A stretch of 64,000 nucleotides of DNA, from positions 12,026-76,025 of the forward strand of contig JAFZWF010000009.1 in NCBI GenBank assembly GCA_017617435.1, given 5' to 3'. This stretch comes from Bacilli bacterium. Its GTDB lineage: Bacteria > Bacillota_I > Bacilli_A > RF39 > UBA660. The translations under genes and the position numbers were made by a program. This document shows positions 49,223-58,912 of the stretch, one piece after another (positions within the stretch are counted from its first letter, which is position 1; each line of letters starts with the position of its first letter). The notes under the pieces were generated by a model. It was not told where the DNA came from. It saw only the letters and a list, made by a program, of their open reading frames with translations, and searched no databases.

Positions 49223-50195
49223 AATAGCTAAAATATTTGAATACTGCTCTTTCTTCGCAATCTAAACCAGATGAATACGATATGTTACCTATAACTTTTT
49301 CTACTTCTTCAAGCGAGCATTTATTATTAAAATATTTATTACATACTTTAATAAAAGATAATACTTTTTTCATTGCTATTTCATATAGTTCATCAACTGA
49401 TTCTGTATGTTTTTCTCCTGTAACTGGGTGAAGCCATACTTTATGATCATTATTTAATAAATCATAGTTTGGTTTATTAATGTGGTGTGAGTATGAGTAT
49501 GATTTAAAGTTTTTAAATGGTGTAAAGAAATCAACTATTTTATATGTGAATTTTTTAATGTTAAATCTATCATACATTAAATATCTATATATGTAATAAC
49601 ACTGGTTATAAGAATCAAAATATTTGTTTCCGATGTCTTTATAATTAAAAGTATTTATAAACGCATTATCAATATTTTTTATTAAATTATTTTCAGGTTT
49701 AATTTTAGGAAATAAGTCATTATATAATTTGTATTTATAGTATTTTTTATCGTGATCTTTATAGTAATAAATCGAATCAAGCATTATTTCATTTATTGCA
49801 TGTTTTCCTTGATATTTCTTGGTATTTTTCTTATCCAACTTAGTAAATCTACCACTTATATAATGTACATATGGATGAAATGTACTATCAAGTGCATAGT
49901 GTGATAAAGAACCATATAGGTAACCTATGTTACCATCATCATATAATTGATTATCTTTAATGTAAGTAATGATGTTTTTAAAGTATTCTTTAACTTTATG
50001 AGTATGCGCATAGTGACTTAGTTTTCGAATATCTTTTCCTTTTTTTAGTTTGAAGTTATTATAACTAAAAAGATAATCAAAGCTTTGCGAAAAAATTAAA
50101 AAATACGTGGGGTCATTTGGAATAATGACTTTTTCTTTATTTAATTGTTTATATATATCTTTACTAAAATAATTATGTAAATAAATAGATGGCAT
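49221..50195 (-). CDS. zinc-dependent phospholipase C-like family protein (putative)
   Basis: His-rich motifs LSHYAHTH and SLSHYALDSTFHPYVHY resemble the Zn_dep_PLPC family. Start is ATG 50195 (MPSIYLH) after AGGTGA. Low certainty. Confidence 0.4.
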   Translation of the reverse strand: MPSIYLHNYFSKDIYKQLNKEKVIIPNDPTYFLIFSQSFDYLFSYNNFKLKKGKDIRKLSHYAHTHKVKEYFKNIITYIKDNQLYDDGNIGYLYGSLSHYALDSTFHPYVHYISGRFTKLDKKNTKKYQGKHAINEIMLDSIYYYKDHDKKYYKYKLYNDLFPKIKPENNLIKNIDNAFINTFNYKDIGNKYFDSYNQCYYIYRYLMYDRFNIKKFTYKIVDFFTPFKNFKSYSYSHHINKPNYDLLNNDHKVWLHPVTGEKHTESVDELYEIAMKKVLSFIKVCNKYFNNKCSLEEVEKVIGNISYSSGLDCEERAVFKYFSY

Positions 50196-50250
50196 TATAA
50201 TCACCTTTTCAAATTATATCACATATGTGTTATAATACATATAAGAATAG

Positions 50251-51189
50251 GTGATTAAATTGGGGAAAAAGATATTTAAAACAATTGATGAACAGATTGA
50301 TATTTTAAAAAATAAAGGTCTTAGTTTTGATGATTTTAACGAACCCTCTGAAGTACTAGTTCGTGAAAATTATTTTTTTCTTAACGGTTATAGACATCTA
50401 TTTTTAAAATCAGCTAATAGTAATATGTTTATCGAAGGGACAAATTTTTCTGAATTATATGGACTGTTTTGCTTTGATAGACAACTTAGGAATATCTTAT
50501 TTAAAAATATAATGATTGTTGAAAATAACGTTAAAAGTATATTTTCATACGTTATATCTAAAAATCATGGTTATAAAGAAAGTACATATTTAGATCCATC
50601 TATATTTACTAAAGATCCAAGGAGAGCCAAACAAATTGGAGATTTAATTAAAAAGATGAAAAGGCAGATAAGAGTTAACGGTAAACAACATAATGCAACA
50701 AAGCATTATATTGAAAACTACGGTTATTTACCTTTATGGGTCGTTGTTAAAGTCTTATCGTTTGGTATTATAAGTGAATTATACAGTATTTTAAAGCGTG
50801 AAGATCAGGAAGAAATTGCTAATTATTTTGATGCAACCGTAGAAGACTTACTAATTTATCTTCCTGTTTTAAGTAATTATCGAAATTTATGTGCTCATGA
50901 AGATATTTGCTATGAACATAAAAGTTATACTTTTATAAGACCTAATAAATATCATTATTACCTTAATATACCAAAGGTAAATGAAGAATATATTTATGGT
51001 TTAAATGATATGTTCTCATTAATAATAATATTAAAACAAATTCTGAGAAAATCTGATTTTAATTTACTTATTCATGAAGTATCATACGAACTAGATATTC
51101 TTGCTGGTAAACTTAAAACTATCGATATAATTAAAGTTATGGATAGAATGGGATTTCCACCAAACTTTTCTGATATAACTAAGATATAG
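50251..51189 (+). CDS. Abi_2 (AbiD/AbiF-like) abortive infection protein
   Basis: ENYFFLNGYRH, FDRQLRNILF, ENNVKS, LPLWVVVKVLSFG and NYRNLCAHED are the characteristic Abi_2 blocks. The true start may be TTG 50260. Confidence 0.75.
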   Translation: MIKLGKKIFKTIDEQIDILKNKGLSFDDFNEPSEVLVRENYFFLNGYRHLFLKSANSNMFIEGTNFSELYGLFCFDRQLRNILFKNIMIVENNVKSIFSYVISKNHGYKESTYLDPSIFTKDPRRAKQIGDLIKKMKRQIRVNGKQHNATKHYIENYGYLPLWVVVKVLSFGIISELYSILKREDQEEIANYFDATVEDLLIYLPVLSNYRNLCAHEDICYEHKSYTFIRPNKYHYYLNIPKVNEEYIYGLNDMFSLIIILKQILRKSDFNLLIHEVSYELDILAGKLKTIDIIKVMDRMGFPPNFSDITKI

Positions 51190-51251
51190 TTCTTAAAATT
51201 GAAATATTATATAATATATGCTATTCTTTAGATAGAAAATGAGGTTTTAAT

Positions 51252-51680
51252 ATGAAAACTACAAAAGTTAAAAATTTAAATAAAAAAATTATTGGAGCAG
51301 TAATTATTTTAGTTATTGCTGTTTTGCTTGCTATAGTATTTGGAATCAGATCTGCTAAAAATGCTAGTAAAAAAGATAAAGATGATTCAAGCGTTATTTT
51401 ATATAGTTATAATGGTGATGAAAAAACAAGCTCAATTAACATTGAATTTAAAAATGGAAAAGTTAATGATGTTATACTTACACTTTATTTTGAAAATGAT
51501 AATATAGCAAAAGAGGTTGCTCAAATTTATAAAAATCAAAATGAATATGTTGGTGTTAAAGCAAATGGAAGTAGTGTTGTAATGCATTATAATGATGATG
51601 AAATTAGTAAGTTAGCAAAATATACAAAATCACACATTTTATCTGAATATGAAAAAGATGGTTATGTAAAAGGAAAATAA
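51252..51680 (+). CDS. hypothetical membrane-anchored protein
   Basis: Single N-terminal TM helix and a small extracytoplasmic domain. RBS GAGG. Confidence 0.5.
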   Translation: MKTTKVKNLNKKIIGAVIILVIAVLLAIVFGIRSAKNASKKDKDDSSVILYSYNGDEKTSSINIEFKNGKVNDVILTLYFENDNIAKEVAQIYKNQNEYVGVKANGSSVVMHYNDDEISKLAKYTKSHILSEYEKDGYVKGK

Positions 51681-51715
51681 TGTTATAAAACATTATTTTT
51701 TTAAAGGAGTACTAT

Positions 51716-52357
51716 ATGAGTGAAAATAAGATAAGATATTCAGATTTGTTTTGGCTTTTTATTGCAGCATCTTGGTTTGGAGTAATATTAGAAGGTTTAT
51801 ATTGTTTATTTAAATTTGGTAAGTGGGAATCACATGTTGTTTCTATATATGGACATTTTTGTATTATATATGGTGTAGGTGTTATATTTTATTATATTTT
51901 CTGTAATATTTTTAAAAATAAAAATATATTTTTAAAATTTATTACCTATGCTTCTTTAGGAACTTTTGTTGAACTTGTGTGTGGTTTATTACTTGACTAT
52001 GGTCTCGGAATGAGGGCATGGAGTTATGAAAATTCATTTTTAAATTTTCATGGATATATATGTTTTTTTATGTTTGTTATATGGGGTTTATTTGGATTGG
52101 GATTTGAAAAAATTATTCCACTACTTAGAAAAGGTCTTAAAATAACAGAACATAAAATTTTTAAAATTATACTCCCATTTTTTACAATATTTATGGTTAT
52201 TAATCTAAGTTTTACATCTTTATGTATTACAAGGTGGTCTCAAAGACATAATAATAAATCACCTCATAATTTTGTTGATAGATATATAGACAAGAAGTAT
52301 GATGATAAGTACATGAGTAAAAGATTTATGGAATGGTATTTTATTGATGATAAATAA
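51716..52357 (+). CDS. multi-pass membrane protein (possibly DUF1113 / 'ABC transporter type IV' family)
   Basis: Five or six hydrophobic helices. LFWLFIAASWFGVILEGLY and IYGHFCIIYGVG resemble that family. Weak call. Confidence 0.4.
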   Translation: MSENKIRYSDLFWLFIAASWFGVILEGLYCLFKFGKWESHVVSIYGHFCIIYGVGVIFYYIFCNIFKNKNIFLKFITYASLGTFVELVCGLLLDYGLGMRAWSYENSFLNFHGYICFFMFVIWGLFGLGFEKIIPLLRKGLKITEHKIFKIILPFFTIFMVINLSFTSLCITRWSQRHNNKSPHNFVDRYIDKKYDDKYMSKRFMEWYFIDDK

Positions 52358-52433
52358 AACATTTTAACATTATTGTTAAGATGTTTTTTTAACAAAATAA
52401 TATATTTTTCATATATTATTTTAGGTGATTATA

Positions 52434-53642
52434 ATGAAAAAAGTCGTTATAGATGCAGGTCACGGTGGAGCAGATCCAGGAACTAGTGGTAACGGAATTA
52501 TAGAAAAAGATTATAATTTAAAAATAAGCAAATATATGTCTGATAGGTTAAATGAACTAGGAATAGAAAACACTCTTGTTAGAGATAAGGATGAAACTCT
52601 ATCACCTAGTGATAGAGTTAATAGAATAAAAAGTATTTATGGTACAGGAAAAGATGTTATATTAATATCAAATCATTTAAATTCTGGTGGTGGGGATGGA
52701 GCAGAAATTATATATGCTTTACGAAATAATGATACTTTATCAAAGAAAATAGCTGATAATATGCTTCTTGCTGGACAAAATGTAAGAAAATATTTTCAAA
52801 GAAGGTTACCGAGTAATCCATCTAAAGACTATTATTTTATTATTAGAGATACTCTAAATAATGAATCTATATTGATGGAATATGGATTTGTCGACAGTAA
52901 TAAAGATGATGTTAATCAAATAAAAAATAATTATGAAGGATTAGCAGAAGCAGTTGTTAAATCTCTAGCTGAATATATAGGTGTACCTTATAAAGCTCCT
53001 TCAGGTAGTATAGAAAATTACTATACAGTGAAAAGTGGAGATACCCTATGGAACATTGCTTCTAAGTATGGATTAACAGTAAATAAACTTAAGGAACTTA
53101 ACAATTTATCAACAAATTTGATTAGTGTCGGGCAAAAATTAATTGTTAGTGAAAATGCATCTAATATAGATGAACCATCAAATAATTTGGTTCATATAGT
53201 TCAAAAAGGTGATACATTATATAGCATTGCAAAACTATATAATACTACAGTTGATAAGATTAAAAAATTAAATAATTTATCATCTAATACATTACAGATT
53301 AATCAAAAATTAATTATTAATGATAATGCATCCTCAACACCTCAAACAAATTTATTTACTTATAATGTAGTTAAAGATGATAACTTATATAATATAGCGA
53401 AAAAATATAATACAACAGTTTCAGAACTTAAAAATATAAATAATTTAAAAACTGATGTCTTACAGATAGGTCAAAAGATTCAAATTCCAATTATAGGTAA
53501 TACTAAGGTTTATTATGTTGAAAAAGGTGATACATTGTATAGTATTTCTCGTAAATTTAACACAACAGTTACTGATATTGTGAACTTAAATAATTTAATA
53601 TCAAGTAATTTAAGTATAGGTCAGAAATTACTTATACCATAA
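52434..53642 (+). CDS. N-acetylmuramoyl-L-alanine amidase (Amidase_3) with four LysM repeats
   Basis: VVIDAGHGGADPGTSGNG, ISNHLNSGGG and EYGFVDS. Four repeats of the Y.V..GDTLY.IA..Y.......NNL form. Confidence 0.9.
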   Translation: MKKVVIDAGHGGADPGTSGNGIIEKDYNLKISKYMSDRLNELGIENTLVRDKDETLSPSDRVNRIKSIYGTGKDVILISNHLNSGGGDGAEIIYALRNNDTLSKKIADNMLLAGQNVRKYFQRRLPSNPSKDYYFIIRDTLNNESILMEYGFVDSNKDDVNQIKNNYEGLAEAVVKSLAEYIGVPYKAPSGSIENYYTVKSGDTLWNIASKYGLTVNKLKELNNLSTNLISVGQKLIVSENASNIDEPSNNLVHIVQKGDTLYSIAKLYNTTVDKIKKLNNLSSNTLQINQKLIINDNASSTPQTNLFTYNVVKDDNLYNIAKKYNTTVSELKNINNLKTDVLQIGQKIQIPIIGNTKVYYVEKGDTLYSISRKFNTTVTDIVNLNNLISSNLSIGQKLLIP

Positions 53643-53649
53643 TTAACAA

Positions 53650-53681
53650 AAAAAGATCACTTATGTTTAAGTGATCTTTTT
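53650..53681. terminator. bidirectional terminator between the amidase and cwlJ-like genes
   Basis: 14-bp stem AAAAAGATCACTTA/TAAGTGATCTTTTT with a 4-nt loop. Confidence 0.65.
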
Positions 53682-54102
53682 AGTACAATTGGTTACATTT
53701 TCCTGGTTCTGGAATATAAAAACAATGGTTTTTATATCTACCAGAGAGTTTTTGATCATACCAAGTAGATTTACAAGATGAATTCTTACTAGGACAGTAA
53801 AACCATAGTGCATTAGTTGCTGGATAATAGTATTCTCCATCTAGTACTCTTTTAGCGAGCTGTTTTTCATAAGATGTTGCTGCTCCTTGAAATAGTGAGG
53901 AATTTATTCCAGAAAATTGGTTCTTTTGATATATAGCTTGATATATATTTGTAATGTTTTTAAATGTTAAGCAGTCTGCTAGAACTCTATTGACAACAAC
54001 ATTACCAACCATAAGCATTCCTAAGTCTCCTTCGCTTAATGCTTCTGATCTCATAATTCTTGCAAGTAAATCAATATCATTTTCGGTATAGTTTATTAAC
54101 AT
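53680..54102 (-). CDS. cwlJ: spore germination cell-wall hydrolase CwlJ/SleB family
   Basis: 140 aa, no signal peptide. DIDLLARIMRSEALSEGDLGMLMVGNVVVNRV...HCFY parallels B. subtilis CwlJ (DVDLMARLLRAEAEGEGKQGMLLVGNVGINRL...HCFY, recalled). Confidence 0.8.
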   Translation of the reverse strand: MLINYTENDIDLLARIMRSEALSEGDLGMLMVGNVVVNRVLADCLTFKNITNIYQAIYQKNQFSGINSSLFQGAATSYEKQLAKRVLDGEYYYPATNALWFYCPSKNSSCKSTWYDQKLSGRYKNHCFYIPEPGKCNQLY

Positions 54103-54130
54103 GTTATCACCAGTATATTATATGAATAAC

Positions 54131-54160
54131 TTGAACTTTAGATAAATACTATGTTATAAT
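54131..54160 (+). promoter_or_regulatory. promoter of tRNA-Trp
   Basis: TTGAAC, 18 bp spacer, TATAAT with a TGT extended -10. Confidence 0.55.
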
Positions 54161-54176
54161 TGATATGCCTGTTTAT

Positions 54177-54250
54177 AGGGGCGTGGTACAATGGTAGCAT
54201 AGGAGTCTCCAAAACTTTTGATGGGAGTTCGATTCTCTCCGCCCCTGCCA
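54177..54250 (+). tRNA. trnW: tRNA-Trp (anticodon CCA), CCA end encoded
   Basis: Acceptor stem AGGGGCG/CGCCCCT, anticodon arm GGAGT-CTCCAAA-ACTTT, T-arm GGAGTTCGATTCTCC, 3' GCCA. Confidence 0.9.
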
Positions 54251-54261
54251 TTAAGATTATT

Positions 54262-54292
54262 AAAACACTAACTATTTAGTTAGTGTTTTTTT
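54262..54292 (+). terminator. rho-independent terminator after tRNA-Trp
   Basis: AAAACACTAACT-ATTT-AGTTAGTGTTTT followed by T-run. Confidence 0.7.
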
Positions 54293-54323
54293 AATTGCCC
54301 ATCGCAACCTCAAAAGTTTCCGA

Positions 54324-54971
54324 TTAACCACTTATAAATGGTATCCTTATCATAAATGCTAACATTAATCCAATAATTAGACTAATTCCTAAATTAATAG
54401 GTTTCTTATATAAAATTAAACAAGTAGCAATAAATGTTATTGTATATAAAACACCTCTAAAATCAAAATAAAACATCCCTAAACTAAAACAACTTGCAAA
54501 CATAAAAAACAATATTAAACTGCTAATAATAATTGATAATTTATTTTCGCTTTTACCATACCAACATATATATGCAAGTACAGGAGAAATAATAGTAAAT
54601 CCATACCATGTCATCATATAGTTTCTAGGATTAAATCCGCTAAATATACTTGTATATAGATGATAACTAATACACATTCCTACAAAAAATAAGAAAACAT
54701 TAATACTTGCTCTTATAGGCGATTTACTAAATATTGAAATAGTAATGGCTATAAATAACCAAATAGCCATTTCAGAAAAGAAATTATTTAAATCAAATTT
54801 TTCAATAATATTCATCCACCATATTGAATTGTTAATAACTAAATTGTCTAACCATTTAGAAAATATTCCTAATAATAATCCAAATAAGAATATTAATGTA
54901 GTATTAATTATTTTATTTTTTAGTTTTAAACTATTATCTGCTTTTCTAATATTATTTAAAATTTCTTTCAT
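54324..54971 (-). CDS. hypothetical multi-pass membrane protein
   Basis: About six predicted TM helices. Start probably ATG 54971 (MKEILNN). No family recognised. Confidence 0.5.
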   Translation of the reverse strand: MKEILNNIRKADNSLKLKNKIINTTLIFLFGLLLGIFSKWLDNLVINNSIWWMNIIEKFDLNNFFSEMAIWLFIAITISIFSKSPIRASINVFLFFVGMCISYHLYTSIFSGFNPRNYMMTWYGFTIISPVLAYICWYGKSENKLSIIISSLILFFMFASCFSLGMFYFDFRGVLYTITFIATCLILYKKPINLGISLIIGLMLAFMIRIPFISG

Positions 54972-55225
54972 ATTCGTCACTCTATATAATTATATCATAT
55001 ATTTATAAATATCTTTTACGAACTATTTTATACTAAAATTCAGCTTTTTTAATTAGATCACTATATCTTTTTTATATTAACGTTTAAACCATTTTTATGT
55101 ATGTTATAAATTTTTTATAAATATTATGTAATATTAATATAACGTTTTATTATATGTGCTGTTGCTATAAATTGACATGTATTTTTTATTTTTTTATAAT
55201 ATGAAATAAATTGAGAGGGTTTATT

Positions 55226-55879
55226 ATGGTTGAAGTAGAATTATCAAAGGAAGACTTATGTAATTATTTGTTTGAACTGGAAGATATTGGTATAGGTAGT
55301 TACGGGATTGTAAAAAAAATAAACGATGATGTTTGCGTTAAAATATACTATAAAGATATATATAAGACATTTGTAAGTAAAAATATTAATAATATAGATG
55401 ATGAAATAAATACACGATTAAATATTCAAAATGAATCTATTAAGCTTTCTTTGTTAAATAAAGAAATATATGAAAACAGTATAACTAAACTTGAACTTCT
55501 TTCTCAATTAGGATATATAAACAAAGTTTTATATTATAAAGGTTACAAGATAGGAATAGAGATGAAAAATTACCAAAATTATAAGAGTTTGTGTGATACA
55601 GCAATGTATTTAGACATGGATAGTATTAAAATAATTATTGATAAAATCAGATCAAAACTAGATGAACTTTTAACTCTTAATATTTTTCCAAGAGACTTAA
55701 CTAGCAATAATATATTAGTTGATATAAATACGCTTGATGTGGTTCTAATTGATTTAGATGATATTTGTACAAGATATGATACAAATGATTATTTAGAAAA
55801 AAATCCTCGAGTTAGAAAATATTTAATAAATGATTGTAATAAAAAATTTAGTCATTTAAAACAACTTTATATAAATTAA
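55226..55879 (+). CDS. minimal protein-kinase-like fold protein (atypical, Bud32/RIO/Kdo-like size)
   Basis: Gly-loop IGIGSYGIVKK, Lys in VCVKIY, catalytic-loop-like PRDLTSNNILV, metal-binding-like LIDLDD. 217 aa from ATG 55226. Confidence 0.45.
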   Translation: MVEVELSKEDLCNYLFELEDIGIGSYGIVKKINDDVCVKIYYKDIYKTFVSKNINNIDDEINTRLNIQNESIKLSLLNKEIYENSITKLELLSQLGYINKVLYYKGYKIGIEMKNYQNYKSLCDTAMYLDMDSIKIIIDKIRSKLDELLTLNIFPRDLTSNNILVDINTLDVVLIDLDDICTRYDTNDYLEKNPRVRKYLINDCNKKFSHLKQLYIN

Positions 55880-55925
55880 TACAATATATACATTTTTTAA
55901 ATATATAATAATGTTAGGTGATAAT

Positions 55926-56072
55926 ATGAAAAAAGAATTAGATAATTTTATTGTTGAAAAGACATATGAATTAAGTAGCTTATTATTTTTATCATTGTTC
56001 ACACTATTCACCTATAATAAATTAAATCATGGGTATTTATTAATTATAAATATAATGAGTAAAGGTATGTAA
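55926..56072 (+). CDS. possible 48-aa small hydrophobic protein
   Basis: Not in the track (<60 aa). ATG preceded by TAGGTGATAAT. Sequence is MKKELDNFIVEKTYELSSLLFLSLFTLFTYNKLNHGYLLIINIMSKGM. No other support. Confidence 0.25.
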   Translation: MKKELDNFIVEKTYELSSLLFLSLFTLFTYNKLNHGYLLIINIMSKGM

Positions 56073-56137
56073 AAGATCAAATTATAAAATATAAATTTCA
56101 AAAAGTTTATGTTATATTTATTTTAGTGGGTGATACC

Positions 56138-56527
56138 TTGAGCAAGAAATTAATTATATCTTTAATATTAATTATAACAATTGTTTGTGGACTTGTTATA
56201 TTTTTAGAGGTTCATAAAGAAAAGTCAGGATCAAAAACTTTAGAGTTGACATATAAAACAAGTGCCGGGGTTCCGTATGAATGGATTTATGAAATAAAAG
56301 ATAAAAACATTGTAACCCTAGATGAGAGTTTTAAAGAAACTGTAAATTATGATAAGAATATAACAGGTGGACCAGTATATGTACATTATGTATTTAAAGG
56401 TTTAAAAAAAGGTGTAACGACAATAACTTTTAAATATGTAAGTATTGTCGATAATGAAGTTTCTAAAGAAGAAACTGTTAAAGTTAAGGTTGATAAATAT
56501 AAAAACATTTCTTTGATGGGTATGTAA
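56138..56527 (+). CDS. membrane-anchored protease inhibitor I42 (chagasin/ICP-like), putative
   Basis: TM anchor, then LTYKTSAGVPYEWIY...NITGGPVYVHYVFKGLKKGVTTITFKYV, resembling the I42 pattern (NPTTGY.W ... G.GG ... F.F.A...G). Start is TTG 56138. Confidence 0.45.
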   Translation: MSKKLIISLILIITIVCGLVIFLEVHKEKSGSKTLELTYKTSAGVPYEWIYEIKDKNIVTLDESFKETVNYDKNITGGPVYVHYVFKGLKKGVTTITFKYVSIVDNEVSKEETVKVKVDKYKNISLMGM

Positions 56528-56559
56528 AAAAATCACTAATCGTTTGATTAGTGATTTTT
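56528..56559. terminator. bidirectional terminator
   Basis: 14-bp stem AAAAATCACTAATC/GATTAGTGATTTTT with a 4-nt loop, between convergent genes. Confidence 0.65.
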
Positions 56560-57259
56560 AGTATTTAATGTTTGAGTTGTTTACGTGATTTATATGTTTT
56601 TCTATATCGACTTTGTATCCATCTGGAACTATTGTTTTAGGATGAAAAATAAGTTCAACTTTGCCTTTTTCATATGATAAAACATCACAGTTATTCTGAT
56701 ATATTTTGTTTAAATTTCCTGTTAACCAATATATTATCCAATTGTTAGCTACTCCATGACCAAATATAATTATGTAGTCATATTTATTACTATTTGATAA
56801 TAAAGTTAACTCTGATGATATATTTTTGGTCCTATTTTTAACATCTATTTGGCTTTCACCATTTAGATATTTAGTATTATATGGATCAATTTTTAAATTT
56901 TCAAGAACTTCTTTAGCTTCTGGGTGCACACTTAATAACTCACTATTATTTACTGCGTAGTGAAAACCTGCATTAAGTTCAGATAACTCATCTAAAGTTT
57001 TTATCTCATATGAAAAATTAACATTTTTAAGAGCAATGTTCATTGTTTCGTTAGTTCTTCTATAGGGACTTACTAAACATAGAACGTTTCCACTTAATGT
57101 ATTAATAAATTTATTTAATTCTTCTGCCTGCTTAACCCCATAAATTAAATCTATTGGCATATTTTTGTCTTTTGCTATTTTATATATACCTAGTTGCTTA
57201 TTAAATCTAATATTATTTGCTGGTGTAAAAGCATGTCTTATAAATAGAATTTTAGTCAT
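56558..57259 (-). CDS. histidine phosphatase (phosphoglycerate mutase) family protein
   Basis: N-terminal ILFIRHAFTPAN (RHG-type catalytic His), SPYRRTNET, and a later GHG. Confidence 0.7.
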   Translation of the reverse strand: MTKILFIRHAFTPANNIRFNKQLGIYKIAKDKNMPIDLIYGVKQAEELNKFINTLSGNVLCLVSPYRRTNETMNIALKNVNFSYEIKTLDELSELNAGFHYAVNNSELLSVHPEAKEVLENLKIDPYNTKYLNGESQIDVKNRTKNISSELTLLSNSNKYDYIIIFGHGVANNWIIYWLTGNLNKIYQNNCDVLSYEKGKVELIFHPKTIVPDGYKVDIEKHINHVNNSNIKY

Positions 57260-57330
57260 ATTTCATAACCTCTGCTATATTATAATATATCTTTTTTAAT
57301 TAAACAAAAAAACTTACTATTTTGTAAGTT

Positions 57331-58002
57331 TTAATCATTATAAGTTCTATTTGTATTATTTGGGTCCAATATAATGTAATATTTAGATAATAAATACTCT
57401 GCAGCTTCATATCCGTTTTCAAGGAGTTCTGTTATGTATTCGAATCTAATTTGTTTAGGATTGTTTGATGCCATTAAATCTTTAAAGTAATCATCTCTTG
57501 GATCCATAATTAATATTTTATTTTTACTTTCGAACCATTTACAATTCTTTTCTAGTACAAAGGATGTAATTGTTGGATTTTCTAAATTTATATAAATTTT
57601 ACCAAGAACATTATTATTGTCATAATCATATATACTAGTTACTTCAGGATTAAAGTATTTATTAATACTTTTATCTTTTTTGTTTGTTTTTATAATAACT
57701 GATGAACTATATAAGTATATATTTCTAGGATTTTTAATATATGGAATAACATAGTCGTATAATTTAGCTCTTGTACTTGGTACATAGATTGTTTTACCAT
57801 TTAAAACATACGGTTCATCTTCTAATAGTTCTTTGTTTTCTGGTTGATCAAGCATTTCTTTTAAAGCTTTTAAGTGATTAATGTTTGTGTTTGCAGTATA
57901 AACATCACCATTAACAATTTTTTGTTTACCAATTAATTTTTTTTGTTTTTCTTCTAAACCTTTAATTGTGTCATTTAAATATTTAATAACAGTTTCATCC
58001 AT
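57331..58002 (-). CDS. hypothetical protein
   Basis: 223-aa ORF with RBS GGGGGAA upstream and a terminator-like hairpin downstream. No family recognised. Confidence 0.5.
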   Translation of the reverse strand: MDETVIKYLNDTIKGLEEKQKKLIGKQKIVNGDVYTANTNINHLKALKEMLDQPENKELLEDEPYVLNGKTIYVPSTRAKLYDYVIPYIKNPRNIYLYSSSVIIKTNKKDKSINKYFNPEVTSIYDYDNNNVLGKIYINLENPTITSFVLEKNCKWFESKNKILIMDPRDDYFKDLMASNNPKQIRFEYITELLENGYEAAEYLLSKYYIILDPNNTNRTYND

Positions 58003-58170
58003 ATATTATTCCCCCTAAATAAAGGTAATACTTATTATATTAGTTATTAATAAAATAATCAATAGATATACACTTATTAAACATATTATGTATGAAAATT
58101 ATTAATAAAACTGGAATATTTTTAATTTTGTCGTATAATATAGATGTAAGTGAAAGGGGGAGACATCTGT

Positions 58171-58668
58171 ATGAATCAGTTTTCAAAAAAACTTCTTTCT
58201 AAAAAAGATTATTACAATACTGTATCAGATTTGATTGAAAACAGTGTTGTTTTAAGCATGGATAATTATACACAGCATGGTTCAACCTCCACACTAGATC
58301 ATTGCATAAGAGTATCATATAGAAGTTACAAAATTGCAAAAGCATTAAAGATGGATTACATTTCTGCTGCACGCGCCGGACTTTTACATGATTTATTCTT
58401 ATATGACTGGCACTTACAACCTAAAGGTAAAAAGATATTAGAAAAGCATGGTTACACACATCCAAAAACAGCATTAAATAATGCATGCTTACACTTTGAA
58501 CTTAATAGCAAGGAAAAAGATATCATTTTAAAACATATGTGGCCACTTACTTTAAGAAGTGTTCCTAAATATAAGGAATCATTCTTAGTATCAATGATTG
58601 ATAAATATTCGTCTTGTGGTGAAACATTATTTCCATTAATGATAAAGATATCTGATTATATCTTATAA
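58171..58668 (+). CDS. HD-domain phosphohydrolase
   Basis: LDHCIRVSY...AGLLHDLFLYDWH (H...HD motif). Start is ATG 58171 after AAGGGGGA. Confidence 0.7.
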   Translation: MNQFSKKLLSKKDYYNTVSDLIENSVVLSMDNYTQHGSTSTLDHCIRVSYRSYKIAKALKMDYISAARAGLLHDLFLYDWHLQPKGKKILEKHGYTHPKTALNNACLHFELNSKEKDIILKHMWPLTLRSVPKYKESFLVSMIDKYSSCGETLFPLMIKISDYIL

Positions 58669-58729
58669 TTTTTAATTTACAAGATAATCTAATAATGCTA
58701 TTATATTAAACAGGCGAGGAGTTGAAGAA

Positions 58730-58840
58730 ATGAAAGTAATAAAGAAAAATTTACCAGAAGGTGTTAAAAAACAATTTGGCTTATATAAAGGTGTTAAAGT
58801 AAAATACGTTGCTAAAAACACTAAGAAAAAAAATAAATAA
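58730..58840 (+). CDS. possible 36-aa highly basic small protein
   Basis: Not in the track. AGGAG RBS 7 nt upstream. Sequence is MKVIKKNLPEGVKKQFGLYKGVKVKYVAKNTKKKNK. Followed at once by the hairpin AAAGATTTCA-TTTT-TGAAATCTTT plus T-run. The opposite-strand track ORF 58672-58854 looks spurious. Confidence 0.4.
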   Translation: MKVIKKNLPEGVKKQFGLYKGVKVKYVAKNTKKKNK

Positions 58841-58912
58841 AAAAAAGATTTCATTTTTGAAATCTTTTTTCTTTTCTTAAAAATATATTGTGCTATAATT
58901 AATTTGAAAGGA

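Noticed and set aside
50220-50229. 10-bp palindrome CACATATGTG as an operator for the Abi gene
   Set aside because: It may simply be part of an extended -10 (TGTGTTATAAT). It is mentioned in the Abi finding but is not supportable as a separate feature.
54177-58700. tRNA-Trp as the attachment site of a genomic island (heterogeneous genes downstream)
   Set aside because: There is no integrase or recombinase, and I could find no direct repeat of the tRNA 3' end. The genes are small housekeeping-like unknowns.
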